Assembly: GCF_004010195.1 (NCBI RefSeq)
Contig: NC_057719.1
Coordinates: 92,707,465-92,771,464 of the forward strand
Direction of reading: 5' to 3'
DNA from: Chiloscyllium plagiosum
Lineage: Eukaryota
Length of the DNA stretch: 64,000 bases
Part shown: one piece after another, positions 51,610-63,920 of the stretch
Layout of the letters: each line of letters starts with the position of its first letter
Position numbering within the stretch: the first letter of the stretch is position 1
Notes under the pieces: generated by a model
Seen by the model: only the letters and a program-made list of their open reading frames with translations
What the model was told of the DNA's origin: nothing
The model's database searches: none
Made by a program: the position numbers and the translations under genes

Positions 51610-52400
51610 ACACTGAAACATCCTAACTGAGCCTTCACGTCTTATATTTACATAAGCCTCATTTTCCCTCTTCACAAAATATTCAACTTCTTTACGAACC
51701 CACGTTTCCCTCGCTTGATTCCTTCCTCCCTGCCAGATAGGTACGTACAGTTGCTGTTACATGAACAAGCTCCACATTTCAATTGTCCCATCCCCTGCAG
51801 CATCCTTTCCCATGCTATGCATCCCAAATCTTTCTTAATCACATCATAATTGCCTTTCACTCAGGTATATATCTTGCAGTTAAGAAATCATACAGTGTTC
51901 TCACCTATATTAAGAGGAGCATGGAGTGTGGTGGCGATTTGAACTTGTTGGATACTTGCTAGGCCTCAGTTGGAGTATTGGATACAGTTGTGGATTGATG
52001 ACCGTTTATGGTCGAATAATCTACTCTCTTGTTCTTCAGATTCTGCCTGGCCTGCTCTGCTTCTTCTAGCACTACAGTTGACTCTGACGTCTCCATCATC
52101 TGCAGTCCTCACGAACTCAGAGTTATGGATTGCAAAGATGTTGGAAGATGGCAGGATTTATTTCAAAGAATGGTTCCCGGAATGAATGTCTTTAGCTATG
52201 AAGATAGACTGAAGATTCTGAAAGGGTTCTCCTTGGAGAGAGAACATGAGAGGAGATTATTGCAGCGTTTCAAAATCATGGGTGGTCCTGAATAGATAGG
52301 GAGTTGTTCCCACACATGGAAGAATAAGAACAGAATAGAATGGAATGAATTAGAGTTACATGCAAACAAAGCAAGGATTACGTTGGACTATTAACTCGAG
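51610..52400. mobile_element. Mixed CR1 fragments (minus 51610-51880, plus 51900-52400) with a PLE-derived repeat
   Basis: 'KGNYDVIKKDLGCIAWE' and 'RMVPGMNVFSYEDRLKIL'. Confidence 0.7.
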
Positions 52401-52402
52401 AT

Positions 52403-53436
52403 GTAGAACATAGAAACGTACAGTATAGAACAGGCTCTTCAGCCCACGACATTGTGTCGAGGATTATTCATAACCTAAAAACAAATAACCTAACCTATGC
52501 ATCCCTCAATTCACTGCTGTCCAAGTATATGTTCAGCAATTGCTTAAATGTCCCTAATGATTCTCGTTCCACCACCACCGTAGACAATACATTCCATTCA
52601 TTCACAACTCTCTGTGTAAAGAACCTACTTCTAACGTCTCCTCTACACCTTCCTTCTAATATCTTAAAACTATGACACCTTGTGCCAGTCAATCCTGTCC
52701 TGGGGAAAAGTCTCTGGCTATTAACTCAATCCATGCCTTTCATTACCTTGTATACCTTGAGTAGGTCCCCTTTCTTCCTCCTCCCCAGAGAGAAAAGTCT
52801 GAGCATAGTCAACCTCTCTTCATACGACAAGCCGTCCTGTCCAGGCAGGATCCTGGGAAACATTCTTTGCACCCTCTTCAAAGCCTCCGTATCTTTCCTA
52901 TAATAGGCAACCATAACTGGACACAATGTTACAAGTATGGCCTCATTCGGGTCTTGTAGAGCTGCAGCAAAACCACGTGGCTACTAAACTCGATCCCCCT
53001 GTTAATGAAAGCCAAAACACCATATGCTTTCTTAACAACCCTATCCACTTGGGTGGCAACTTTGAGGGATCTATGCACTTGCACACCAAAGTCCCTCTGA
53101 TCTTCCACACTGTCAAGAATCCTGTCTTTAATCCTACCCTCAGTATTCAAATTCGACCTTCAAAAATGCATCATTTCGCATTTATCCAGGTTGAACCCCC
53201 TCTGCCATTTCTCAGCCCAGCTCTGCGTCCTGTCTATGTCACGCTACAGTCTGCAACAGCCCTCGATACTATCACCGGAACCTCCAATCTGTGTGTCATT
53301 GACAAATTTACTTACTCACTCCTCAACCTCCTCATCCAAGTAATTTACAAAAACCACAAAGAGGAGAGGCCCAAGAACAGACCCCTGTGGGACCTCCAGG
53401 CAGTATACTTTCCATCTACAACCACTCTCTGCCTTT
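52403..53436 (-). mobile_element. CR1 (HER1-type) 3' portion, young
   Basis: Tail tagaacatagaaa; 'RDFGVQVHRSLKVATQVDRVVKKAYGVLAFINRGIEF'; 'FFTQRVVNEWN'. Confidence 0.93.
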
Positions 53437-53447
53437 GAGATATGGGG

Positions 53448-53514
53448 AAAGGCGACGATTGGCTTCAGGTTATACAACCATTGTAGGCATGATGGTTCGA
53501 GTGCATCCCTGCAA
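53448..53514 (+). pseudogene. Probable tRNA-Leu relic (5' end lost at the CR1 junction)
   Basis: aaggcgacgattggcttcag...ggcatgatggttcgagtgcatccctgcaa versus tRNA-Leu aaggcgctggattaaggctccag...ggcgtgggttcgaatcccaccgctgcca. B-box ggttcga retained; the alignment needs gaps. Confidence 0.4.
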
Positions 53515-54389
53515 TTGTGATCTGAATCTTAAATCAGAGATCCTGCATTTTTACACTGTGTCACTCAGAACTGTTGTTTTCCAAAAGGAAAATATCATTT
53601 CAGCAGCCACTCTTAAAGATTCCTAAGGATCCTATGCCTTAATAAGATCACATCACAATCCCACATAAGGTGAGTCAAGCTCAATATTCTCTCCCAGTCA
53701 GAGTCACTGCGTCAGTACGAGGATGACAGCTGCACATGCTGCCTGTCCTACAGTGTTGTTGACAAAGAAAGTGCAGATAATACGGGGCTTGTTAAAGGAG
53801 AAGTGGCGAACACGATGTATGATTGGACTAAACACGCGATTGGTGCCTTCTTGTTTAGTTTGAGGCATACCCTGAGCATTTTGATGATTTTGTTCCCACG
53901 CAGTTCAGAAAGAAGGATCACCAGAACTGAAACATTAACTTTGATTTACCTCACAAATGCTGCAACTTCTGTTTTTGCCATTCAGTCTGGGTACAGGCAT
54001 GTTTCTTTTTTTACAAAGGAGACATGAAGTCTCTTCCCGGGCCCCACACTCACTCTGTGCCTGCACATTGACGTCCAGCCACTGCTTGCAGACCATGTAT
54101 AAGCGGTTTTTCCTGCCCACTGATTGAAAGAGGGGACAGGACTGGAGGTCGCATCAGGAGAAACTTGCACTGCACTCAATCATATTGATTCAATTACCTT
54201 CCATCATTAGCTGAAACTTTGCCTGAATTGGAAATATGATTCTGTGTCAAAATCCAGCAGAAACCTGAAGCTTTTTGTTCCAAAAGTCTTGTCGAAATTT
54301 TGTTTCCAATGTCCAGCTTCTGCAGTATTTTGATTTTATTGGTGATGAAAGGCCTTTGTATTTGGAGAAAGGGAAGTTCACTTGAGATC

Positions 54390-56490
54390 TGATTTAAGTG
54401 ATCAAAATCATGAAATTGTGAAAGAGTTTGCGGAATCAAAAAGTAGAGGACATTAGCTTAATGTTATCAGCAAAAGAAGCAATACTGACGAGGGTTGTAT
54501 GTTGCCAGCACTGGAGAAAATGAGGGATTTAATCAGCACACAGACTTAAAAAATCAGATTAGCAAATATAGCTTTTAAGAAAATGTTTTAGCACAACAAG
54601 TTCTGGAGCCAGCCTGACAGCCAGCTGTACTGGACCTGATGATGTGCAGTGTTAGGATTCATTAACAACCTCACAGCGAAGCCACTTGCAGGTATCAGTG
54701 ATCCTAACCTGATAGCTTTTATAGTCAGTTTCCGGGAGAGGATTGAGTATGAGACTAGTATTACAATCTTAAATTAGGACAGTCGAAGACATGACATCAG
54801 AGTGAATGGGAGATGGAAATTTACTGTAAGAGACAGTTCGGTTAGGATACAGCAGTAAGTAACTGAATGCATGGAACACACGCATTTAAATGACATAGGA
54901 AAGTTCCAAATGTATAAGTATATTCTGGTAGTTCACACGGAAATGTGGTTGCAGGATGATCTAGATTGGGAGGTGAATATTGAAGGAGGACATGAAACTA
55001 GGGAACGATGGAGGAGAGGGCACACCATCTGTGGTTAACTACAAACTGTTTAAGAGAATGACAAAAATGAAAAAGAAACATACAGTGGCTGAAGAATGGG
55101 TGGCAGGTTAGAAGATTTGATGGAATATATACAATGGTAAATAATGACTAAAATTAATATGAGAGAAAACTTACAGTAGGAAAAATGGCCAAATATAAAA
55201 ACAGGGTTTCCAGTTTCCCTAGATACTAAGAAAAACTGTTCATAAAGGGAACTTCTCCACTGTAGGGAAAAAAATGTGGGAAAATATAATGGAAAGCAAA
55301 TAGATGGCGGGAGAATTGAATAGGTCTTACTCAGTGGTCTAAACTTTAGGCAAGGTGAATAAACTTTCATAAGCAGCAGAAAAATCAGGAAATGGAGGAG
55401 AGGTGAGTATATGAAGAAGATTATAATTACTGGGGAGACGTATTGAGTGAATCATACAAGCTGCATGCTGAGACATCAATGAGTCCTGATGACCAACATC
55501 CTGGGATATGAAAGAAAATTACCACACAAATAGTTGATTTGTTGATTTTCATTTCAAAATTCCTTAGATTTGGGGAAGATTCCACAGGTTGGAAACTAAA
55601 TTAATTTAACTGTTTTGTTTAAGTTCAGACAAAGAGAAAATACAGAAAATTACATGCCAATTGACTTCAAGGATATTCCCTCTGAAGGTTATTATGTGTG
55701 GCATGAAGAACGTTTTAAGATGACCAATCAGAACCAACATGGTTTGATAAGAAGGAAATCAACTGTAATCAATTTTTATCGTCGTTTGAGGAAATAATCT
55801 ATTCTTGATAAAGGGAAACTAGTGGAGCCTCATTGGTAGGCGTTTCTGAGGGTAATTCAGGTGACACAGCAGAAATTCATCCCAAGTAAGAAGAATCATC
55901 CTATGGTGAATATGACACATTCACCAAGGCTTGGGATGGTTGGTAAGACATTCCCATTGGTAAGGTTGTTACCTATGATGTCAGAAGGGAGTAGGGATCG
56001 CAACCAATATAAGTTGTGACAAAACAGTGCAGAAATAATGCGATTGCAAAATATAAGAATTCGTGAAATGTTTTCAGGAAAATATTCCACAGCATCTTTT
56101 TTAAATTATTCTTTTAGTGAACTTCGTCTTTATTGACAGAGAAAGCTTTTATTTCACATCCCCAAGTGACCTTATCAAAATGGCAGTGAACTGTTACCTT
56201 GAGGTGTTGTGCATTTAGTTTCGAAACACCAACAATTCTGTAAATGAAGGACAGCCAGAATTTTTAAAAAAATTGTTTTCACACCAAAGAGTAAGGAGAC
56301 ACTCCTGGACTCGCTTCCTGGAAATGATGAGGACAAATGTTAAGTATGTGATCCAGCACTTTTCAATGTGGTATACCAATGCACACTGTCCTGCAGTCAC
56401 ACAGTCTTCTGCCATCACCGTCTGTCTCCTAGCAGTCAGCCAATTTTGTATCCAACTTATCAAATTACCCTGAATCTCCTGTACTTTGAC
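54390..56490. mobile_element. Highly degenerate CR1/L2 fragments
   Basis: 'cacggaaatgtggttgcaggatgat', 'RENTENYMPI' and 'SWIQNWLTARRQTV' (minus). Confidence 0.65.
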
Positions 56491-56499
56491 TTATATTTT

Positions 56500-58632
56500 A
56501 TTTTGTGGAATTTCCTTCTTGCTCTCATGGCTTGGCAGACATATGGAGAGTATTTGAGGTGCAGTTGTTGCGAGTGATGCAAGAAATTGTTCCCCTGAGA
56601 CAGGTAAGAAGGCGTAAGATTAAGGAACCTTGGATGACGAGAACAAACGAGCTAGTCATGAAAAGGAAGAAGGCAGCTTATGTAAGGTGGAGGAAGCAAG
56701 GATCTAAGACAGCTTTAGAGGATTGCAGGTTTACTGGAAAGGAGCTCAGAAATGGACAGACGAGAGCCAGGATAGGGCACGGCAAATGCTTGGCAAGCAG
56801 GAGTAGGGAGAAGCCAAAGACATTTTGTGAGGAATAAGAGAATGATCAGGGAGAAGGTAGGGCCGATGAAGGATAGCGTAGGGTACTTGTGCATGGAGTC
56901 TGAACAGATAGGGGAAGCCCTAAATGAGTTTTTTGCTTCAGTTTTTACCAAGGAAAGGGACCTCGTTGTGAATGAAAATTTTGATGAGCTGGGATACAGT
57001 CTTGACCAGATTAAGATTGTTGAAGTTGATGTGCTGGAAACTTTGGAAAACATTAAGATTGATAAGTCCCCAGGACCAGACCAGATTTACCCTAGGCTGT
57101 TCAGGGAAGCAAGAAAGGAGGTTGCTAAGCCACTGGGGAGGATATTTTCCTCCCCACTCTCCACGGGAGTCGTACAAGAGGATCAGAAGGAAGTGAATGT
57201 TGTTCCTCTTTTCAAGGAGGGTAATACGGAAATCGCTGGCAATTACAGACCAGTCAGTCTTTCGTTTGTGGTCAGCATAGTTTTGGAAAGAATTCTGAGG
57301 GACAGGATTTATGAGTACTTGGCAAAGCACAGTGTGATTAATAGCAGTCAACATGGCTTTGTCAGGGGCAGATCATGCCTCACAAATCATATTGAGTTCT
57401 TTGAGGAGGTGACAACAAAGGTCGACGAAGGTCAGGCAGTGGATATGGTGTATATGGATTTCAGCAATGCATTTGATAACGTTCTCCATAGTAGGCTCAT
57501 GCATAATGTCAGAAAGTATGGGATACAGGAAGATTTGACTATCTGGATTCAGAACTGGCTGGCTGACATAAAGCAGAGAGTGGTTGCAGATGGAAAGTAT
57601 TCTGCCTGGAGGTCAGCGTTGAGTGGGATCCTGAAACGCTCTGCTCTTGGGCTTCTGCTGTTTGTAGTTTTTTTTTTAAATGACTTGATGAGGAGGTTGA
57701 GGGGTGGGATTAGTAGATTTGTAGGTGACACGAAGGTTGGAGGTGTCATCGATAGTATCGACGGCTATTGCAGGCTGCAGAGCGACATAGACAGGATGCA
57801 GAGCTGGTCTGAGAAATGGCAGATGGAGTTCAACCTGGATAAATGCGGATTGATGCATTTTGATAGGACGAACTCGAATGCTGAATATAGGAATAAAGAC
57901 AGGACTCTTGGCAGTATGGAGGAACAGAGGGATCTTGGTGTGCAAGTATAGAGATCCCTCAAAATTGACACCCAAGTGGATGGGGTTGTTAAGAAAGCAT
58001 ATGGTGTTTTGGCTATCATTAACAGGGGAATCAAGTTTAAGAGCTGCGAGGTTTTGCTACAGCTCTACAAGTCCCTGGTTAGACCACACTTGGAATACTG
58101 TGTCCAGATCTGATCGCCCTACTATCGGAAAGATACGGAGGCTTTGGAGAGGGTACAAAGAAGGCTTACCAGGATGCTGCCTGGACTGGAGGGCTTGCCT
58201 TATGAGGAAAGTTGAATAAGCTCAGACCTTTCTCTCTGGAGAGAAGGAGGAAAAGTGTAGACCTGATTGAGGTATACAGTGATAATGAGTAGAATAGATA
58301 GAGTCAATAGCCAGAGACTTTCCCCCAGGGCAGAACTGACTGGTAGGAGGAATAACAGTTTGAAGGTATTAGGAGTAAGGTATAAAGGAGACGTCAGAGG
58401 TAGGTTTTTTACACAGAGAGTTGCGAATGCATGGAATGCGTTGCCAGCTGTAGCGATGGAAGCAGAGTCATTAGGGACATTTAAGCGACTGCTGGACATG
58501 CACACGGATAGCAGTGAGTTGAGGGATGCATAGGTTAAGTTAATATATTTTACATGAGTATTAAACCACGGCAGAACATCGTTGGCCAAAGGGCCTGTTC
58601 TGTGCTGAACTTTTCTATGTTGTATGTTCTGT
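56500..58632 (+). mobile_element. CR1 (HER1-type) LINE, 5'-truncated, young; 374-aa open RT segment
   Basis: ORF 56827-57951 '[43 protein letters not shown]'; catalytic FADD reads FVGD; tail ttctatgttgtatgttct. Confidence 0.95.
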
Positions 58633-59618
58633 GTTTAACTCTGTTGTTGTCTGTCTTACTGCAAATCTGTTCATATCTCACCATATCACGGACTGGACTT
58701 GTTCAAAACTGTCCAAATCCCGGTCAAAACCATCATTGGACTGTGGGAGGAAACTCACACAGGCACGGGGAGAATGTACAAGCTCCACACAGTCAGTCGC
58801 CCAAAGCTGGAATCAAACTTGGGTCACGGGCACTATGAGGCCACAAACTAATCACATAGAGATTCAATCTGCTATTACAATTTGGAATAACAAGATTGGT
58901 CTGCAACACTAACAGAATGATACTTTCCAACCAAACAATGTTTGGCCAATCACCTAAAAGTGCGAAATGGTTTCATTATTAATGCAATGCCAGGCATATA
59001 GGCCATATACCTGAGGTCTGGCTGATGACATCATGTAGCATTTCCCTTTGTGCATTTGCAACGACAAGGTACTGGCCATACTCAACCGGTCCATGATTGG
59101 AAACTGACAACCATGGTGATCAGCATTTGATGTAGTTCTGCAATTGCAAAACATTTTCAAAGTATTCCATAGTTATTAATTACAATTGCTACTTACTAAT
59201 AATTACACTGACTGTCAATTTAGGATTTAAAAATACCCCTGAAGAAAGGTTACACTCGAAATGTCCACTTCTGCACCTCCTGATACTGCCTGGCTTGCTG
59301 TGTTCTTCCAGCCACCTGCCTTTGTACTATCAATTTACAGTTGTCTATCCAGCTTACAGTGTGGTGTATTTGCGTGCACTGGAAACTGTGTGCGTTATTA
59401 TACAAGGCTCAGGGTTTTCTTTTGCAGACAGAAAGAACTTCTACATGCACTGCACCTGTTTCCACTCTAAAAAGAAATCACGGCGTTAGCCATTCGATGG
59501 TTAATTGCTCAGGACAATGCCAATTAAATAAATATCCTTCCTGGTTTAAAACAAAAACAAATCTATCAAATTTCTTCTCCAGCCCCGCAGGATTCCATAT
59601 CTTTGAAATCAAAATAGA

Positions 59619-59694
59619 AAGTTCCACCGAAGATACAAGAGAAATCAGGTTTCAAATGATTCAGATTTCCAGCCAATTTGAGAACCATGGGTTA
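59619..59694 (-). pseudogene. tRNA-Gln(CTG) pseudogene
   Basis: gttccaccgaagat...gattcagatttccag...accatgg matches three anchors of the reverse complement of tRNA-Gln (ggttccaccgagat..gattcagagtccag..accatggaacc) at about the correct spacing. A T-rich terminator-like run follows on the minus strand. Confidence 0.55.
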
Positions 59695-59894
59695 ATTCCC
59701 ACTCCTTAGTTACTTCGATTGTTTGGAAAACCAGCGTTCAAACTTGGTGCTCCAACCATCAAGAGCGTCATTAAATCTCGATATTAGGAGTTGAAAAATA
59801 CTTCTTAATCCGTTCCTAAAATGCCATTTTGCACACATTTTGCTAATTTAATCGACTATCCAAGGAAATGACTCACAGGCGGCACAATAGCTCA

Positions 59895-60255
59895 ACGGGC
59901 GGCATGGTAAATCAGTGGTTAGCAATGCTATCTCATAGTACCAGGGTCACGAGTTTGACTTCATCCTCGGGTGACTGTCTGTTTGGAGTTTGCACATTCT
60001 CACCGTGTCTTCGTGAATATCCTCCGGTTGCCACTGTATCATCACACAGTCCAAATATGTGTAAGGCTAGGTGAATTGGCCATGCTAAATTGCCCATAGT
60101 GTTCAGGAATGTGTCGGTTTCGTATATCATTCAGAAGAAATGTAGAGCAATAGAGTGGAGAAATGGGTCTGGGCGGGTTAATCTTTGGAGGGTCCATCAG
60201 GGCTTGTGGCGCCAAATGACCTGATTCCACACTGTGGGGACTCTATGATTCTGTG
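59895..60255 (+). mobile_element. Older HE1-family SINE
   Basis: gggcggcatggtaaatcagtggttagc..ggagtttgcacattctc..ccacactgtggggactctatgattc. Confidence 0.85.
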
Positions 60256-62488
60256 AAGGTCATTTCCAGATTACCCGATTGTGTTGAATGTGTCGATTTT
60301 ACTGGTGAATTTAAGTCATACATGGAAGGAACGTTTGCCACATTTATCAAACTTGTTCGATCGACTTTGGGAGGAAGTCTTGGTGGAATACCTGGCGAGA
60401 ACTGAATTTAGCAAAGGCCAAGTCATCTTCTTGTGCCGCGTTATTGGACGTAGAGAATTGGTCCCATGCAATGCAATAACAAAGTTAATTGGCGAGATTG
60501 CCATACCATTGGCAAAAGTGCAGTATAATGATTCCTGGGCTTGAGTGCATTTGATCGAAGATTTGTCCCAAATTTTGGCTGTGTGGCTGCTCCACGCACT
60601 TTTTAAAGACAGCCAAGCAGCTTCAGTGGACAGCGGACTTTAAGAAGGCATTTGACATTCTGGAAGATATGTTTTCCCACTGCCCCCATCTTCACCACAC
60701 CTAATTAAGCAAAACTAATCAAAGCGGCTACTAGAGTGTGTGTTGTGGGTGTCGGTGCTGTGCTCTCATGAGAAGACAACGAAGAAAACAAGAAGACCTA
60801 TCTGGTAGATCTCCAGGAAATTGAATATTCATCAGCAGAGATATTCGACTGTTCAGATGCAGACCTTGCGTTTGGTGTTGGCATTACAATATTTCAATCT
60901 GTATGTCATCAGTAACGTATCTGAGATAACCAGTACACTGATCATAGCCCATTGTCGTTTGTACAGAAATTGAAGGACAAAAATTCCAGATGTTTAGATG
61001 GAGGTTGTTACTACTGCCATTCAATTTGAAAATAAACTTTGCTGCTGACTCATTGTCGCGATTAGAACGAGAAACGGAGTTGTTCAGTAGCAGGAGTAAA
61101 ACAGATTGGAAGATAATGTGATTGTCCATGTTAGCATGATTCTAGTCAACTTAAGGTATATGGGTGTTGTAGTGTACTAACAAATTAAGGTTAATGGATT
61201 TTAAAATTAAGCCATCATTTGATGTTAATGATTCTCTTTTGAGGGATGATGGGGATTGATCTACTTGAAAAAGCTTTTAAGTGAAAAAACAAAACACTTG
61301 TGCAATGTAAGGACAGTGACCAGTTCTCCAAGCTCATATTTACTTTGGTTTACAAAGTTAAAATTACACAACACTAGGCTATAGGCGAATAGGTTTATTT
61401 GGAAACACTAGCTTTCAGAGTTCTGCGCATTCATCAAGTGGTTGTGGAGTATAAGACCGTAAGACATGGAATTTATAGCATAAGTTTACAGTATGATGCA
61501 ACTGAAATTATATATTGAAAAAGACCTGGATTGTTTGTGAAGGGTCTCATCTTTTAGAATAACCATGTTGGTTTCACTTGTTTCATGAGTAAATCCCAGA
61601 ACTTTTTTTAAAAAAGTTACATTCTCAAATGAACTTTAACAATAGGTGCCATGTCGCCTCAGATAATTCATTGAAGATGTGAGGCGCCCTGTGTAAGGCC
61701 GTCTGTGCCCAATCTTGAGATTGATTCTATTTCTAAAACGAAATCTATTTGAGACGACAGGACACCTATTATTAATGATCACTTGAGAATATAATTTCTT
61801 AAAAGAAGTTCTGGGATTAACATGTGAAAGAACTGAAACCAACTTGCATATTATGAAAGATGAGAGACTTAAGAAACAATCCAGGTCTTCTTCAATACAT
61901 AATTTCAGTTACATCACACTGTAAACTTCTGCTATAAATTCTGTGTCTTACAACCTCGTACTCTGCAACCACTAGATGAAGGAGCAGCGCTCCGAAAGCT
62001 AGTACTTTCAAATAAACCTGTTGCATTATAACCTGGCATCGTGTGAATTTTTAACTTTGCACAGCCCAGTCAAACACGAGCACCTCTAAATCATTACTGT
62101 TGTGTGGTTATGTTTTAGCAGGCAGTCAGTGGTGAAGATCCTGGAACTGAAGTAACAGATCCATGTTGATCTTTCCTCTCGCTTCTGTGTTTGTTTTTTT
62201 GCGCTGGTTGTTCATTGAGATTGTTGAAAGTATATGTAACAGCATCATTAATTTGGATAGTCTGTGGAGGTATTTGGATAATTGATTTTGCATTTTGTTC
62301 TCTTTTCTTTGCATTTCATTCATTGAACTTGAAAATAAATTCTATTTTGTTTAGAACGAAGCGGTTGGGCCCGCTGCATTACTCCTGGAGTATCCATTTA
62401 CAAATGTGCAAAATAAAAAGACTAGTAAAGTTAGGTTCCCGGATACTTTCTGGAAATGTTTTGAGGGGTTCTGACCCAATCCATAGCA
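60256..62488 (+). mobile_element. Gypsy RT-RNase H remnant and 3' LTR (about 61250-62488), with a PLE inserted in the LTR
   Basis: 'SHTWKERLPHLSNLFDRLWE..LARTEFSKGQVIFL'. The LTR end 'aagttaggttccc..ttgaggggttctgacccaatccatagca' is homologous to 27295-27357. Confidence 0.85.
61351..62095. mobile_element. Non-autonomous fold-back PLE-derived element (about 260 bp inverted arms)
   Basis: 61351-61612 is the reverse complement of 61797-62060 (e.g. gacctggattgttt / aaacaatccaggtc; aatcccagaactt / aagttctgggatt). Each arm carries a gatgaaggagcagcgctccgaaagcta-type motif. Confidence 0.85.
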
Positions 62489-62489
62489 A

Positions 62490-63880
62490 CTATTTACGAA
62501 CGAGAGGGACCGTATTGTAGAAGAGGAGAGTGTGAAATGGACTGGTAAGCCAGAAGAGATACTTGTTAGGAAGGAAGATGTGTTGGACATTTTGAACAAC
62601 TTGAGGATAGACAAGTCCCCCGGGCCTGACGGGATATATCCTAGGATTATGTGGGAAGCAAGAGAGGAAATTGCAGTACCGTTGGCAATGATCTTCTCGT
62701 CTTCACTGGCAACGGGGGTGGTACCAGGGGACTGGAGAGTAGCGAATGTTGTGCCCCTGTTCAAAAAAGGGAATAGGGATAACCCCGGGAATTACAGGCC
62801 TGTTAGTCTTACTTCTGTGGTAGGCAAAGTAATGGAAAGGGTACTGAGGGATAGGATTTATGAGTATCTGGAAAGACACTGCTTGATTAGGGACAGCCAG
62901 CACGGATTTGTGAAGGGTAGGTCTTGCCTTACAAGTCTTATTGAATTCTTCGAGGAGGTGACCAAGCATGTGGATGAGGGAAGAGCAGTGGATGTAGTGT
63001 ACATGGATTTTAGTAAGCCATTTGATAAGGTTCCCCATGGTAGGCCTATGCGGAAAGTCAGGAGGCATGGGATAGAGGGAAATTTGGCCAATTGGATAGA
63101 AAACTGGCTAACCGGTCGAAGGCAGAGAGTGGTGGGAGATGGTAAATATTCAGCCTGGAGCCCAGTTACAAGTGGAGTTCCGCAGCAATCAGTTCTAGGT
63201 CCTCTGCTGTTTGTAATTTTTATGAATGACTTAGATGAGGGAGTCGAAGGATGGGTCAGTAAATTTGCAGANNNNNNNNNNNNNNNNNNNNNNNNNNNNN
63301 NNNNNNNNNNNNNNNNNNNNNNNNNNNNNNNNNNNNNNNNNNNNNNNNNNNNNNNNNNNNNNNNNNNNNNNNNNNNNNNNNNNNNNNNNNNNNNNNNNNN
63401 NNNNNNNNNNNNNNNNNNNNNNNNNNNNNNNNNNNNNNNNNNNNNNNNNNNNNNNNNNNNNNNNNNNNNNNNNNNNNNNNNNNNNNNNNNNNNNNNNNNN
63501 NNNNNNNNNNNNNNNNNNNNNNNNNNNNNNNAAGGATGAGGGGTGACTTGATGGAGGTTTATAAGATGATCAGAGGAATAGATAGAGTAGACAGTCAGAA
63601 ACTTTTTCTCCGGGTACAACAGAGTGTTACAAGGGGACATAAATTTAAGGTGAAGGGTGGAAGGTATAGGGGAGATGTCAGGGGTGGGTTCTTTACCCAG
63701 AGAGTGGTGGGGGCATGGAATGCGCTGCCCGTGGGAGTGGTAGAGTCGGAATCATTGGCGACCTTTAAGCGGCATTTGGATAGGTACATGGATGGGTACT
63801 TAATCTAGGTTAGAAGTTCGGCACAACATCGTGGGCCGAAGGGCCTGTTCTGTTCTGTATTGTTCTATGTTCTATGTTCT
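62490..63880 (+). mobile_element. CR1 (HER1-type) LINE, 5'-truncated, very young; spans an assembly gap
   Basis: Uninterrupted ORF from 62532 '[32 protein letters not shown]'. Tail (gttctat)n. Possible short TSD aacta at 62488-62492 and 63881-63885. Confidence 0.95.
63272..63531. other. Assembly gap (260 N)
   Basis: Run of n. Confidence 1.
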
Positions 63881-63920
63881 AACTACTTTTCTGAAATTCC
63901 CTAAACTAAAATCTCCAAAC

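Noticed and set aside
58993..59035. 5S rRNA-like start (ggccata..cctgag)
   Set aside because: Similarity does not extend to the internal A/C boxes; too short.
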